Source: Mobula hypostoma (taxonomy: Eukaryota). From it: a stretch of DNA of 64,000 nt. The stretch spans positions 9,300,001-9,364,000 of the forward strand of contig NC_086098.1 of NCBI RefSeq assembly GCF_963921235.1, read 5' to 3'. A model generated the notes under the pieces. The model did not search any database. It was not told where the DNA came from and saw only the letters and a program-made list of their open reading frames with translations. Shown piece by piece: positions 1-12,214 of this stretch; positions within the stretch are counted from its first letter, which is position 1; each line of letters opens with the position of its first letter. The position numbers and the translations under genes were made by a program.

Positions 1-469
1 TCACAGGAGATTGCAGCAATCTGTGACCATGAGCCTCCATGCTCATGAAGAAATGCTGTAAACCGCGCCCCCCCCCGTCCTCTGTGCTTCCCCAGCTTTG
101 TGTTCGTCCCTCACGCTTTTCACTACCAGCCACCCCGAGCCCCTTTTCCCCACAATTAGACCTCATCTCCTTGACGTCCTGGGGAGATCATTTCATCAAC
201 ACTGACATATCCCCCTGGTTTATAGAGGGAGAGGAGAACTTCCAGTTTGGTACTATCATGACAGAGCACACCAAATATTTGAGAAAAAAAAGATTTCTAA
301 GCAGTTCTGATCACCACACTATAGGGGCGGATTTGAAGTGGACAATAAAAACTGCTGGAATAACTCAGTCGGTCAAGAAGCTTCTGGGGACACAAAAGAT
401 GGGTTTCAGGTTGAGGCCCTGCAATAGGACTAGTGTTCGCAAGAGACTGCAGATGCTAGAATCTAAATA

Positions 470-695
470 AAGATTAGCTTTATTTGTCACGTGTATCAAA
501 ATATAGGGAAATGCATCAATGACATACAGTCTGAATATGTGCTGGGGGCAGCCCACAATTTTTGCTGCGCTTCTGGCCCCAACATAGCATGCCCATAACC
601 TGCAGAACCTTACCAATTCATATGTCGTTTTAAAATGTGGGAGGAAATCAGAGCATTTGGAGGAAAACCACACAGTCATGGGGAGAATGTACAAA
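470..695 (-). mobile_element. V-SINE (HE1-like) fragment with LINE-derived tail
   Basis: V-domain-like gtgggaggaaatcagagcatttggaggaaaaccacacagtcatggggagaatgtacaaa and tail tgacaaataaagctaatc on the minus strand; similar to copies at about 5720 and 37915. Confidence 0.65.
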
Positions 696-837
696 GGTGG
701 GAGGAAGTGTCCTTAAAGTAAGTGTGTAGTCATAGTCATAGTCAGCCTCGGCCTGTGTGTTTGATATCTGGAAGTCACTGTAAGCAGATGTGGTGGAATC
801 ACGTATTATTATTCTCTTTAAGAGGCATTTAGATTCT

Positions 838-1990
838 TCTTAGGCGTCCATTGTTCGGGGTCAACCATGAAGATTGTGCCCCAGCTGTCTATGTGATAAA
901 CAAGGCAAGACAATATGATGTGGAGAGCAAGCTGTTGTCCATGCTGCACGCTCCCCACTCCACACAGCTGATGACTCCAAAGGAACAGCAGAAACTGATA
1001 CAGTTTGGCACCAGCAGCATCGCAGGAGTTTCCAATCAGCATTGAACTCAACACAGGACCGCCTCAGGGACTCCAGCTCCAGATTTTTCCATAGTCATAG
1101 TCATACTTTATTGATCCCGGCGGAAATTGGTTTTCGTTACATTTACACCATAAATAATTAAATAGTAATAAAACCATAACTAGTTAAATAGTAATATGTA
1201 AATTATGCCAAGAAAAAAGTCTAGGACCAGCCTATTGGCTCAGGGTGTCTGACCCTCCAAGGGAGGAGTTGTAAAGTTTGATGGCCACAGCAGGAATGAC
1301 TTCCTATGACGCTCTGTGTTGCATCTCGGTGGAATGAGTCTCTGGCTGTATGTACTCCTGTGCCCAACCAGTACATTATGTAGTGGATGGGAGACATTGT
1401 CCAAGATGGCATGCAACTTGGACAGCATCCTCTTTTCAGACACCACCGTCAGAGAGTCCAGTTCCATCCCCACAACATCACTGACCTTACGAATGAGTTT
1501 GTTGATTCTGTTGGTGTCTGCTACCCTCAGCCTGCTGCCCCAGCACATAACAGCAAACATGATCGCACTGGCCACCACAGACTCGTAGAACATCCTCAGC
1601 ATCGTCCAGCAGTTGTTAAAGGACCTCAGTCTCCTCAGGAAATAGAGACGGGTTTCCTCCTGGGTTTTCCACTGGGTTTCCTCCTGAAGCCTTCCCCATG
1701 AGCGGGTATAACCACAAAGCAGCGGAGGTTTGAAATCAGAGTTTTCGTCCTTCTATTTGAACTGCCAACCACGGCTGATGTGCCCCATCTGCTGCTGCAA
1801 TTATTTTTAAGGCACCAGTCACCTACCTTTGCCCTTTCTCCTGTCAGTAGAAATGATTCCATCAGGGTTAGTAGCTAAGCCATCCATAAAGGCCAGATGT
1901 TGGACTTGGTTGTCAGAGGCTAGTTGAGGAGCACACCATTGGGAGCATTTAATAGATGGTCGGAGCTTATCCCCACTACCACCCCTGATT
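838..1990 (-). mobile_element. Non-autonomous RTE-related retroelement/SINE, split by a Rex1-like insertion at about 1089-1650
   Basis: Segments 838-1088 and 1650-1990 are co-linear with the uninterrupted copy at about 52055-52645 (shared gatacagtttgg.ccagcagcatc.caggagtt and gagcgggtata.cc.caa.gcagc.gaggtttgaaat). The RTE assignment rests on resemblance to RTE UTRs. Confidence 0.6.
1089..1650 (-). mobile_element. Rex1/Babar-like LINE, 5'-truncated
   Basis: ORF 1240-1602 (MLRMFYESVVASAIMFAVMCWG...HPLH...TERHRKSF) is a Rex1-type ORF2 C-terminus with a (GACTAT)n tail; nearly identical to 30509-30974. Confidence 0.8.
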
Positions 1991-2844
1991 ATAGCAACTT
2001 CAAGGAACCTACGCATTTAGGCAGACATTGGAATATGCAAGATATAGAGGAATACCATCCTGATGCAGTCAAATGAGCAAAAAGATCAGCATGGATGTGG
2101 TGAATGAATGGTCCATTTTTGTGCTGTACGGTTCTGTGCCTAAAATCTGCAGGGTATACTAACGACATTTGCAGACTCTCCATATGACAATGTAATTTCA
2201 TAAAGAATGCACTGAGTAGGTTTTCAAGTAACTGTAAACGATGAGGTTTGCATCCTGATTAAATTATTTACCCAATACACTTCATGCGTCAGTCAAGTTT
2301 TTATTTTTCTTTCCCACAGTGCCCTGGAGTGCTCATTAGTAATTTGAGGCTATAATCAAATTTTAAAGTAATAGGTTTCACAGTTGGCTTGGTCATTATT
2401 TTTATTAATTTCAGTAACAATATGCCACATTAATATTGCAGAGTTAAATAAAAGATATTCCCATGTGTACCAAGCAAAATCAGCAAACAGATTTATAAGA
2501 GATGTGTCAGCAAAGTCATGACAGTAAAATAAAACATTTGAATCTATCTTTGCAAAATGTGCTCAGACCGAACAATAGAGAGAATCCATCTATAAAGTAG
2601 TTTTTACACTCTCTTCATCAAAAAGCATGAAGTCGTTGTGAAATGTAATTACTGCTTTAATTTTAGAAATGTGGCAGCCAGATTGCCCACAGCCATAACC
2701 ATCCAAATCATTTTTTTCACTGATGATATTTGAAAACTAAATATTGAGAGCACACTGGGGATAATCTTCCCTACTCTTCTTCAAAAACAGTATCACGTGT
2801 CTCTTTAATGGCTCATTCGAGGGACAATAGTTTAACATTCATTC

Positions 2845-5300
2845 GGTATTCCTTCTTATCCAGCCCTTCGCCTTTCCCACCCACCTGGTTTCACCTATCA
2901 CCTTTCAGCTAGCATCCTTTCCCTCCCCCCACCTTTTTACTCTGTTGTCTTTCCTCTTCCTTCTTAGTCCTGAAGAAGTGTCTTAGTGGAAATGTCGACT
3001 GTTTATTCATTTCCATAGATAGAAACATAGAAACATAGAAAATAGGTGCAGGAGTAGGCCATTCGGCCCTTCGAGCCTGCACCGCCATTTATTATGATCA
3101 TGGCTGATCATCCAACTCAGAACCCAGCCTTCCCTCCATACCCCGTGACCCCTGTAGCCACAAGGGCCATATCTAACTTCCTTTTAAACATAGCTAATGA
3201 ACTGGCCTCAACAGTTTGCTGTGGCAGAGAATTCCACAGATTCACCACTCCCTGTGTGAAGAAGTTTTTCCTAACCTCGGTCCTAAAAGGCTTCCCCTCT
3301 ATCCTCAAACTGTGACCCCTCGTTCTAGACCTCCCCAACATCGGGAACAATCTTCCTGCATCTAGCCTGTCCAATCCCTTTAGGATCTTATACGTTTCAA
3401 TCAGATCCCCCCTCAATCTTCTAAATTCCAACGAGTACAAGCCCAGTTCATCCAGTCTTTCTTCATATGAAAGACCTGCCATCCCAGGAATCAATCTGGT
3501 GAACCTTCTTTGTACTCCCTCTATGGCAAGGATGTCTTTCCTCAGATTAGGGGACCAAAACTCCAGGTGTGGTCTCACCAAGGCCTTGTACAACTGCAGT
3601 AGTACCTCCCTGCTCCTGTACTCGAATCCTCTCGCTATAAATGCCAGCATACCGTTCGCCTTTTTCACCGCCTGCTGTACCTGCATGCCCACTTTCAATG
3701 ACTGGTGTATAATGACACCCAGGTCTCGTTGCACCTCCCCTTTTCCTAATCGGCCACCATTCAGATAATAATCTGTTTTCCTATTTTTGCCACCAAAGTG
3801 GATAACTTCACATTTATCCACATTAAATTGCATCTGCCATGAGTTTGCCCACTCACCCAACCTATCCAAGTCACCCTGCATCCTCTTAGCATCCTCCTCA
3901 CTGCTAACACTGCCACCCAGCTTCGTGTCATCCGCAAACTTGGAGATGCTGCATTTAATTCCCTCATCCAAGTCATTAATATATATTGTAAACAACTGGG
4001 GTCCCAGCACTGAGCCTTGCGGTACCCCACTAGTCACCGCCTGCCATTCTGAAAAGGTCCCGTTTATTCCCACTCTTTGCTTCCTGTCTGCTAACCAATT
4101 CTCCACCCACACCAATACCTTACCCCCAATACCATGTGCTTTAAGTTTGCACACTAATCTCCTGTGTGGGACCTTGTCAAAAGCCTTTTGAAAATCCAAA
4201 TATACCACATCCACTGGTTCTCCCCTATCCACTCTACTAGTTACATCCTCAAAAAATTCTATGAGATTCGTCAGACATGATTTTCCTTTCACAAATCCAT
4301 GCTGACTTTGTCCGATCATTTCACCGCTTTCCAAATGTGCTGTTATCACATCCTTGATAACTGACTCCAGCAGTTTCCCCACCACCGACGTTAGGCTAAC
4401 CGGCCTATAATTCCCCGGTTTCTCTCTCCCTCCTTTTTTAAAAAGTGGGGTTACATTAGCCACCCTCCAATCCTCAGGAACTAGTCCAGAATCTAACGAG
4501 TTTTGAAAAATTATCACTAATGCATCCACTATTTCTTGGGCCACTTCCTTAAGCACTCTGGGATGCAGACCATCTGGCCCTGGGGATTTATCTGCCTTCA
4601 ATCCCTTCAATTTACCTAACATCACTTCCCTACTAACATGTATTTCGCTCAGTTCCTCCATCTCACTGGACCCTCTGTCCCTTACTATTTCTGGAAGATT
4701 ATTTATGTCCTCCTTAGTGAAGACAGAACCAAAGTAATTATTCAATTGGTCTGCCATGTCCTTGCTCCCCATAATCAATTCACCTGTTTCTGTTTGCAGG
4801 GGACCTACATTTGTCTTTATCAGTCTTTTCCTTTTTACATATCTATAAAAGCTTTTACAGTCCGTTTTTATGTTCTCTGCCAGTTTTCTCTCATAATCTT
4901 TTTTCCCCTTCCTAATTAAGCCCTTTGTCCTCCTCTGCTGAACTCTGAATTTCTCCCAGTCCTCAGGTGAGCCACTTTCTCTGGCTAATTTGTATGCTAC
5001 TTCTTTGGAATTGATACTATCCCTAATTTCTCTTGTCAGCCACGGGTGCACTACCTTCCTTGATTTATTCTTTTGCCAAACTGGGATGAACAATTGTTGT
5101 AGTTCATCCATGCAACCTTTAAATGCCTGCCATTGCATATCCACCGTCAATCCTTGAAGTGTCATTTGCCAGTCTATCTTAGCTAATTCACGTCTCATAC
5201 CTTCAAAGTTACCCCTCTGACCTGCTGAGTTCCTCCAGCATTGTGTGTGTGTGTGTGTTGCTTTGGATTTCCAGCATCAGCAGACTTTCTCATGTTTATT
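2845..5300 (+). mobile_element. Penelope-like element 3' end (pLTR) interrupted by the CR1 at 3021-5217
   Basis: agtcctgaagaag...gaaatgtcgactg...ttccatagat resumes after the CR1 as tgacctgctgagttcctccagcattgtgtg...ttccagcatcagcaga, the same terminal consensus as the other PLE ends in the window. Confidence 0.75.
3021..5217 (-). mobile_element. CR1-clade LINE (HER1-like), 5'-truncated, young; 693-aa ORF2 reverse transcriptase fragment
   Basis: ORF 3117-5198 carries KSPGPDG, NYRPVSLTS, YLDFQKAFDKV, GVPQGSVLGP and FADD, followed by a 3' UTR and (GTTTCTAT)n tail. A 12-nt in-frame deletion removes YCVQ relative to the 47020-47619 copy. Confidence 0.95.
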
Positions 5301-5714
5301 CATTGCTTTGATTTATACATTCAAAATTCAAGTGTATTTTACCTCATAAATTACCCCACATTCCAGTCCCTAAAACCATAACCTGACCCCCAACTCCCCT
5401 CCCTACCCCAATAAACAACTAAAACTGAGCTGTAGCCTCGTTGGAGGTTGCAGCACTGCACCATCTTCCTAAGCATCATCTCTTGGATGGGTCTTCAACT
5501 ATACTACCTTTTGACTCTGAAATGAGCTTCTCAGCAAGTGAAGCAACACTGACACGTAGGAATTCATAGAACAGTTATAGTACAAGAGGAGGCCCTGTGG
5601 CCCATTATGTCCATGCAGCTCCCTACAGGAACAGGTTGCTAATCCAACCCCAGAGTCCATTCCCATTGTTTATTATTGTCTTAGACCAGGACTTCTGTCC
5701 ACAACTCCTCTCTT

Positions 5715-5985
5715 TATGCGTCATTTGCATCAATGACCAATACAGTCAAAGGACATACTAGGTGCAGCCCACAAATGTGGCCGTGCTTCCAGCAGTAACA
5801 TAGCATGCCCACAACTTACAAACCTGTATGTCTTTGAAATGTGTGGGGAAACCAAAACACTCAGAGGAAACTTACGCTTTCACAAGGCAAACATACAAAC
5901 TCTTTACAGATAGCAGCATGAATTGAACCTGGATTGTAGAGTTGATGCTGTGAGGCATAACACTAGCCATTAAAATACGGTGCCA
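5715..5985 (-). mobile_element. V-SINE (HE1-like), degenerate
   Basis: tRNA-like head (ggcaccgtattttaatggc...aggttcaattc) followed by a V-domain-like segment on the minus strand. Confidence 0.6.
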
Positions 5986-6363
5986 CTTAGTTGCTTTTAG
6001 GGCTAATTGACAGGTTCACTCTGTTATGCAGGTCAAAAGTAACAGAATATAGATATTCTTGTACCGCAATTATCACTGAATATTTTGTAAGATTGCCATC
6101 AGTATCCTTTGGAGAATTTGGATTTTTTTTCAAATAATGTGCTGCTTTGCTTCTCAGTTATTGGCAGAAATAAAGATTTTTTTTGTTGATTGTTTCAAAT
6201 TGAATTGTTTAATTCTTTCATTTTGGGATAACTAGCAACTTAACTGTGGAAGAATGAGGAATTCCTGTTATATACTCTCACCTTAGAATATAGAACATAC
6301 CACATTTCAGTATAGTACGTATCCTACAACCTACAATTTTGTGCTGACATTTTAACCTACTCT

Positions 6364-6693
6364 GCTGTGTACATACATCTATTGATGCTTCTGGACACAT
6401 CTTCAGTGATGTTCCTGGAATGATCGGGTGTTTCAGGTCTTTCAACGTCATACAACCTCCTCCAGGTGACCCACCCGGGGCTGATCAGACCCCAGCTTGT
6501 GTCCAGATGGCTAGCTACTTATGACTCCATGGCTCCCCTCTTTTGAGCCACAGCCATCTTGAGGTCCTCTCTGCCGCATTGGTGGTACTGCGGATGGCTC
6601 TCGTCTTCCTCTCTCCCTCGATGCCCAAAATGCTGAAAGCTCTAACTAAAGAGTGGGCTACAAATCCCCTACAACCAACCTCCACTGGGAGAC
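6364..6693 (-). mobile_element. HERO-like (restriction-like endonuclease non-LTR) 3' fragment inserted in an old CR1 3' end (about 6285-7050)
   Basis: ORF 6515-6706 reads CLPVEVGCRGF...AAERTSRWLWLKR. Its 3' UTR is shared with 50069-50508, and it is flanked by ACTCT at 6359-6363 and 6694-6698. Confidence 0.75.
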
Positions 6694-7172
6694 ACTCTAA
6701 AATCAATCTAAGATATCCCTTACATATTCTTCGATTTTTCTATCATCCATATGCCTATCTAATAATTTCTTTAATGCCCCTCTACCACCATCCCTGGCAG
6801 GGCTTTCGCTGCACCTAGCAAGGAACTTGCTTTTGACATCTCCCTATACACTTTCCTTCAATCACCCTAAAATTATGCCTCCTTGTATTTGTCATTTCCA
6901 TTGGGAAAAAGTCTCTGGCTATCCACTTGATCTATGACTCATTATCTTGAGCAACTCTATCAAGTCACCTCTCATCCTCCCTCATTCCAAAGAGAAAAGC
7001 CTTCCCTCATTCAACTTATCCTGAAAAGACATGTCCTCCAGACCAGGTATTTTCTGGCATGTGATAGTCCTTCAACAGTACTCAAGCCAAAGTGTGAAAG
7101 ATTTGGTACTCTGGACTTACGCATGTCTTATTCAGACATTACAGATCCATCAGTTACTTCTATCCTCTGGAG

Positions 7173-7252
7173 TAGGGGTTCCCAACCTGGGATTTATAGA
7201 TCCCTTGCTTAATGGTATTGGTCCATGGCATAAAAAGGGTTGGGAACCCCTG
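7173..7252. mobile_element. 80-bp hAT-Charlie-type MITE
   Basis: TIRs taggggttcccaacc / ggttgggaacccctg. The flanks are degenerate TCTAGA-like target sequence. Confidence 0.7.
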
Positions 7253-7627
7253 CGTCTAGAAGGCCTGCTGCTGACTATTTCACGTCAAGTCAGACTCCAT
7301 TACTTTGCCTAATGCTTGTTGCAATGGAGCTTAGACCATAGATTACCTGTCTCTTTTCATTCTCATCAGTTCTTTATGCTTATCCATCCAAAACTTTTCT
7401 GGACTTCCTTTTTTTTTACAGCTTATGCTCCCTTTCAGCTGGATAAAAAGTCTTGGATTTCAGTTAAACTCTCGGTTGTTTGCTTTATTTATTTGTTCTG
7501 AGCTCCAATGATATTTAGATCCTTTGAATTCATGCTCTTATTTCTGCTCCAAATCAATTTGTCAAAAGACATGAAAGCTCAAATAGGAAAATAGGCTCAG
7601 TCTGAAATAACAGCCAGAGAAAACTTG

Positions 7628-7788
7628 TCAAAGTTGCTGGTGAACGCAACAGGCTGTCCTGACGAAGGGTCTCGGCCTGAAACGTCGACTGTACCTCTTC
7701 CTAGAGATGCTGCCTGGCCTGCTGCGTTCACCAGCAACTTTGATATGTGTTGCTTGAATTTCCAGCATCTGCAGAATTCCTGTTGTTT
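7628..7788 (+). mobile_element. Miniature fold-back Penelope-like insertion carrying a hammerhead motif
   Basis: Inverted repeat tcaaagttgctggtgaacgca / tgcgttcaccagcaactttga, flanked by agagaaaacttg (7616-7627) and agtgaaaacttg (7789-7800). Confidence 0.8.
7656..7689 (+). ncRNA. Minimal type-I hammerhead ribozyme motif with intact core
   Basis: GUC-CUGACGA-A-GGGU-CUCG-GCCU-GAA-ACGU-C^GAC. It has the CUGANGA and GAAA core boxes, stem II and a palindromic ACGU stem III, with predicted cleavage after GUC at 7686. Confidence 0.75.
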
Positions 7789-7864
7789 AGTGAAAACTTG
7801 GGTAGATTTTAGTGGGTTTGTCGAGTAACATACTGTAAGTGGAGAAGTAGATTGCTCATCCTCT

Positions 7865-8520
7865 TGAACCTGCTCTGCCATACAGATGAATCATGGTTGT
7901 CTGTAAACCAACACTATATTTGCTTGTTTGATTAGGCAAGACCCTGAATGATTTTGTGGGGACACATTTGTCCTCGAGTGAATTATAAAGATCTTGACAA
8001 TCATGGTGTATTCATTCAGGTCCCCGATGAGTTCTTGATGATGGCCAAGTCCATCGCTCGAAGCAGTCCTGTAGCTTCTTCTCTGCCTTCCATAAACACC
8101 TCTTTGTTGTCCTTACCTTTGGTGCCTTACTCTATAGTCTCTGCCTATATGCAGGTTGGAGGAGGACAGTCAGATGACCAGTTTTTCCTGAAATCAGCCA
8201 AGGGATGGAATGGTAGGCAACATACTTGACAATTGCTACCATTGAATGGTTGTAGTTGTCAAGTATGTTGGGCCCTCTAGTGCTGCAAGTTATGTGCCGC
8301 TGGGAGCTGGGCAGAGATTTCATCGAGCAAACCTGAGTGAAGTTCCCAGCAGGGATATGAAAGACATAAGGGCAGGTCATTTCTTGTTTGTTAATCATGG
8401 CACTCAATACATTAAGTGCTTGCTTGACATCTACCTTTGGTGGTATGTAAACTGCGGGCAAGATCACGGTAGAGAACTCGCTCAGTAAGTAGAATGTAAG
8501 CTGTTGTTGATTTTGATACA
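7865..8520 (-). mobile_element. Decayed Rex1/Babar-like LINE fragments (endonuclease region)
   Basis: ORF 8132-8521 contains AVYIPP...AGNF...HITCSTRGPNILD, an APE-endonuclease pattern. Confidence 0.65.
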
Positions 8521-8811
8521 TGTCCTTTGGTATCCCTGCAAAATCTGCAAGTCTTATAAGACATGGTACACAGTAGAGCAGAGGAACAGGCTATTCAGCC
8601 CATCATCACTATACTGACCATAATATTAAATCAAATTAATTTCCATGTGTCTGCACATAATCTATATCCCTCTATTCCCCTCCTGGTCACGTGCCAGTCT
8701 AAATGTCTTTTCACCATTGCTATCATATCTGCTTCCACTGGTAGTGTGTTCCAGGCATCAAAACACTATGTGTGTAAAAAAAAAACTCCTTCAAGCTTTG
8801 GTCTGTCACCT

Positions 8812-9255
8812 TAGCATTTGATGGCTCTGGGCCTGTACTCACTAGAATTCAGAAGGATGAAGGGAAATTTCATGGAAACCTATCGAATGTTGAAAGGCCT
8901 CAATAGAGTGGATATGGAGAGGACGTTTCCTATGGTGGAGGAGTCTAAGTCTAGAGGACAAAGCCTCAGAATAGAAGGACGTCCTTTTAGAACAGAGGTG
9001 AGGAGGAATTTCTTTAGCCAGAGAGTGGCGAATCTGTGGAATTCACTGCCGTGGGCAGCTGTGGAGGCCAAGTCATTGGGTATATTTAAGGCAGAAATTC
9101 ACAATTTCTTCTTTAGTCATGGTATGAAGGGATACGGGGAGAAGGAAGGAGATTGTTCTGAGAGGGAAAATGGATCACCATGACGAAATGGCGGAGCATA
9201 CATGATGGGCCAAATGGCTTAATTCTGTACCATATCTTATGGTTTTATGGTCTTA
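8812..9255 (+). mobile_element. CR1 3' fragment
   Basis: ORF 8818-9183 reads LGLYSLEFRRMKG...NFFSQRVANLWNSLP; tail tcttatggttttatggtctta. Confidence 0.85.
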
Positions 9256-11744
9256 AAGCAGTTTACAGCTTACATTCTACTTACTGAGCGAGTTTTCTAC
9301 CCTCTGAAAAAAGCTAGTTATATACACAACCTCATAATTGTTTATACTTCTATCAGGGTTCCTCTTGGCCTCTGGTACTCCAGAGATAGCAATTCAAGTT
9401 TGTCCAAACTCTCCTTAGCAATCAGACATCCATCCTATGCTCGTCCTACCCTGATATCATTTCATTGTCCCAACGTTCCATTCTCATTATGATAACTTAC
9501 CAGTCCAGCAACATCCTTGGAAATCTTTTCTACTTCAATTTCATTGTGAAACATGTTTCCTTCAGGCATGCCTCCATTCTCGAGCTAGGATTGAATAACA
9601 ACTGCACTGTTCCAGCAGGACCTTCCTGTTCAGAATCAGTGTCATGAAATTTGTTGTATTTGTCGCAGTAGCACAGTGTAAGACAGAAAAGAAGTGACAA
9701 TAAAAAGGAAAATAAATAAATAGAGCAAAAGAGGAATAGTGAGGTAGTGTTTATGGGTCTGTACACCATTCAGAAATATGATTGCGGAGCAGAAGAAGTA
9801 ATTCCTAAAATGTAGAGTGTTCATCCTTAGGTTTTTGTACCTCCTCAGCAATAGTAGTAACAAGAAGAGGGAAAGTTCCTTAGTGAATGGATGCTACATT
9901 CTTGAGGACCACCTTTTGGGATGCTTGTGTCCCTGATGATGACAATGGTTTGAATGTTTTGCTATGTCTTCCAACCAGTAATGCTAAAAGCATTTATCAC
10001 GTCCGTGGAATGACTCATGCTATTTAGCTCAGTGAAATATTTATGGACTATGTATTACGATTGGCATTTATGGAAAGAGGAGAAAATAGTTTTTAAAGAG
10101 CAAAGTATTAAATGATCAGGCTTTTTGATTTAATAATACTGTATTGCACAATTGCTGGGTGAACTGTTTTGATCATTTTTGGCCACAGCTTCTTCATTCC
10201 AGCATGAACATGTCCATGGATGCGTAGAGGAGATTAATGAGACCAGCGGACTTAATTGCCGTAGTCTAAGCAGAATAGTATAAATGTTTTGCTGCTGCTA
10301 AGTCAGTCCCTTTATAACTTCAATCTTAAAGCATGTATCAATCACAATAAGGAAAGCAGTGATCCATGGAAGAGGTTCATCACCTTCTTGAGGCATGAGC
10401 AATAAGTAAACCCTTGCCAAAGTTACTTGCATTCAGAGAATGCACTTAAAAGTAACGTGCATTTAAAAAATAAGTTGATCCTATACTATACGTGTATAAA
10501 CTAAACCGCTTGTATTTGTTTTTTTTTTGTTCATTTTAAACTCTCAATAGTACTGTACAGGTCTTAATTTATTGACATTTACAGTATTAATGCTAACTAA
10601 ACAAGGTGTAAATCTCACAATTTCCTTGTGGTCTTTCTCAACTGGTTTTACTTTGTGATTTCTGGGGGTGGAGGTTTCAGAAAAAGAAAACTAAAGAACA
10701 CTTTTGAATGTGTTCATTGCCCAAGAAGGATTTGTGGTGAGGAGTGGTATCTCCAATGTTTGTAATTAGTACTTCAGACCGAGTCCAGTAATACTGCAAT
10801 AATATAACCAGAGCTCTAAGGAAATAACTTTCTCATAACTGCAACACCAGAGGCAAATAATGATTATAAATAGTACAATATGACTTCAGAAGCTTCCCCT
10901 TTGGTCCACAAGCAATTGTCCTTTGACTTAATAAATCTATGCTCTGTGACTTTATGGATCTCTTAACTCTGACTGAAACTACTGGAATTTATTTTTCTTA
11001 ATTTTTGTTCACATAATGTCTTTCATAATCTGCCCCATAGCACTTTTGAGGGAGGTATTTGTTACTAGCTGCACCATCTCAAAGAATAAAGCCATCTCAG
11101 GACATATTACATGTGCTGAGTTCTTCATTGCAAAGGTGTTTTGTATCTAGAGTTATTAGAGCTGTTTTTGTTCTACCTGGATTGTGAGTATAAAATTCTG
11201 TTCTCTGTCCACCCTAGTCCCAGGAGCCACAGATTTATATTTTTGAGGACAGAATATGAGGAAAGATATTTTTACCCAATGAGCGACAGTGAAATAAAAT
11301 TTACATTTTACAAGGGTTTTAGAAGCAGAAACATCTAGGATTTCAAAATTAAGACCTTATCCAATTTGTGATATTATGGAATTGCAGATTCCATATTATC
11401 AGATGTGTGCCAAAATAGACTGGATTGTTCAACATCTACTACTCCCAGGATCCCATCACAGACCAAAACTCTGCCCTCTTACTCCCCACCTACCAGCTAA
11501 CACTAGATCCACCGAATTAATATAACATGATCAAGGAAGTATACAGTTCATAAAATACAAAAACTGTAGAATTTCGCTGATGACTAGTTGAGCCTTGACT
11601 CGTACTGTGTCTCAATAATAAACAACACACCTTCATAGGATAAAGTTTTAAAGAGAATCCAGAGACTATTTACTACAATGGATGCAAGTTCGAGAAGCTA
11701 GTGAAGCAGTAGTTATTCTCTATAGAGCTAAAGCAGTTAGTGTA

Positions 11745-11952
11745 TTTAGCGATTCAGTACAGTAACAGCTCTTTCCAGCCCAAAGAGCCCATATCACTCA
11801 GTTAGCCGGTGAACCTATTAATCCGTAGACCGGAGCACCCGGAAAAAACCCACATCACCATGGGGAGAATGTACAAACTCCTTACAAACAGTGGTGAAAT
11901 TGAACACTGCACTACAACAGTGTTACACTAATCACTATACTACCATGTTGCC
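11745..11952 (-). mobile_element. V-SINE (HE1-like)
   Basis: ccggagcacccggaaaaaacccac...ggggagaatgtacaaactccttaca V-domain plus a tRNA-like head. Confidence 0.65.
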
Positions 11953-12214
11953 CAAAAGAGTCTTCTTTGCGAAACAAAATATTGCAAGTTAATGGCAATG
12001 TTTGAAATCATTTTGATGATTGATTCAGAAAATCAATCGCAACCTTTTCCAATGACAGATGGATCATTATGAACATGTAGATTCGAAGTAATTGTGAGAA
12101 GAAAAAGCGGTGAGATCAATATTTTTTCGATGCAAGGAGGCATGGGTAAAGTACTAAAGATGCAAGAAATATGAGCATGTATGTTATATTCCTTTGACCA
12201 TTGAGAAGTACAGT

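Noticed and set aside
39..470. 143-aa ORF and the many other 60-130 aa ORFs outside TEs
   Set aside because: They have no recognisable domain or splice context; many use non-ATG starts or overlap repeats.
2296..2375. Possible bach2 5' UTR exon after the acceptor-like ttttatttttctttcccacAG
   Set aside because: Only the acceptor looks strong; the donor is weak and there is no transcript evidence.
3117..5198. 693-aa ORF as a host gene or a domesticated or bacterial-type reverse transcriptase
   Set aside because: It is a 5'-truncated CR1 ORF2 with a microsatellite tail, has near-identical copies elsewhere in the window, and interrupts another repeat.
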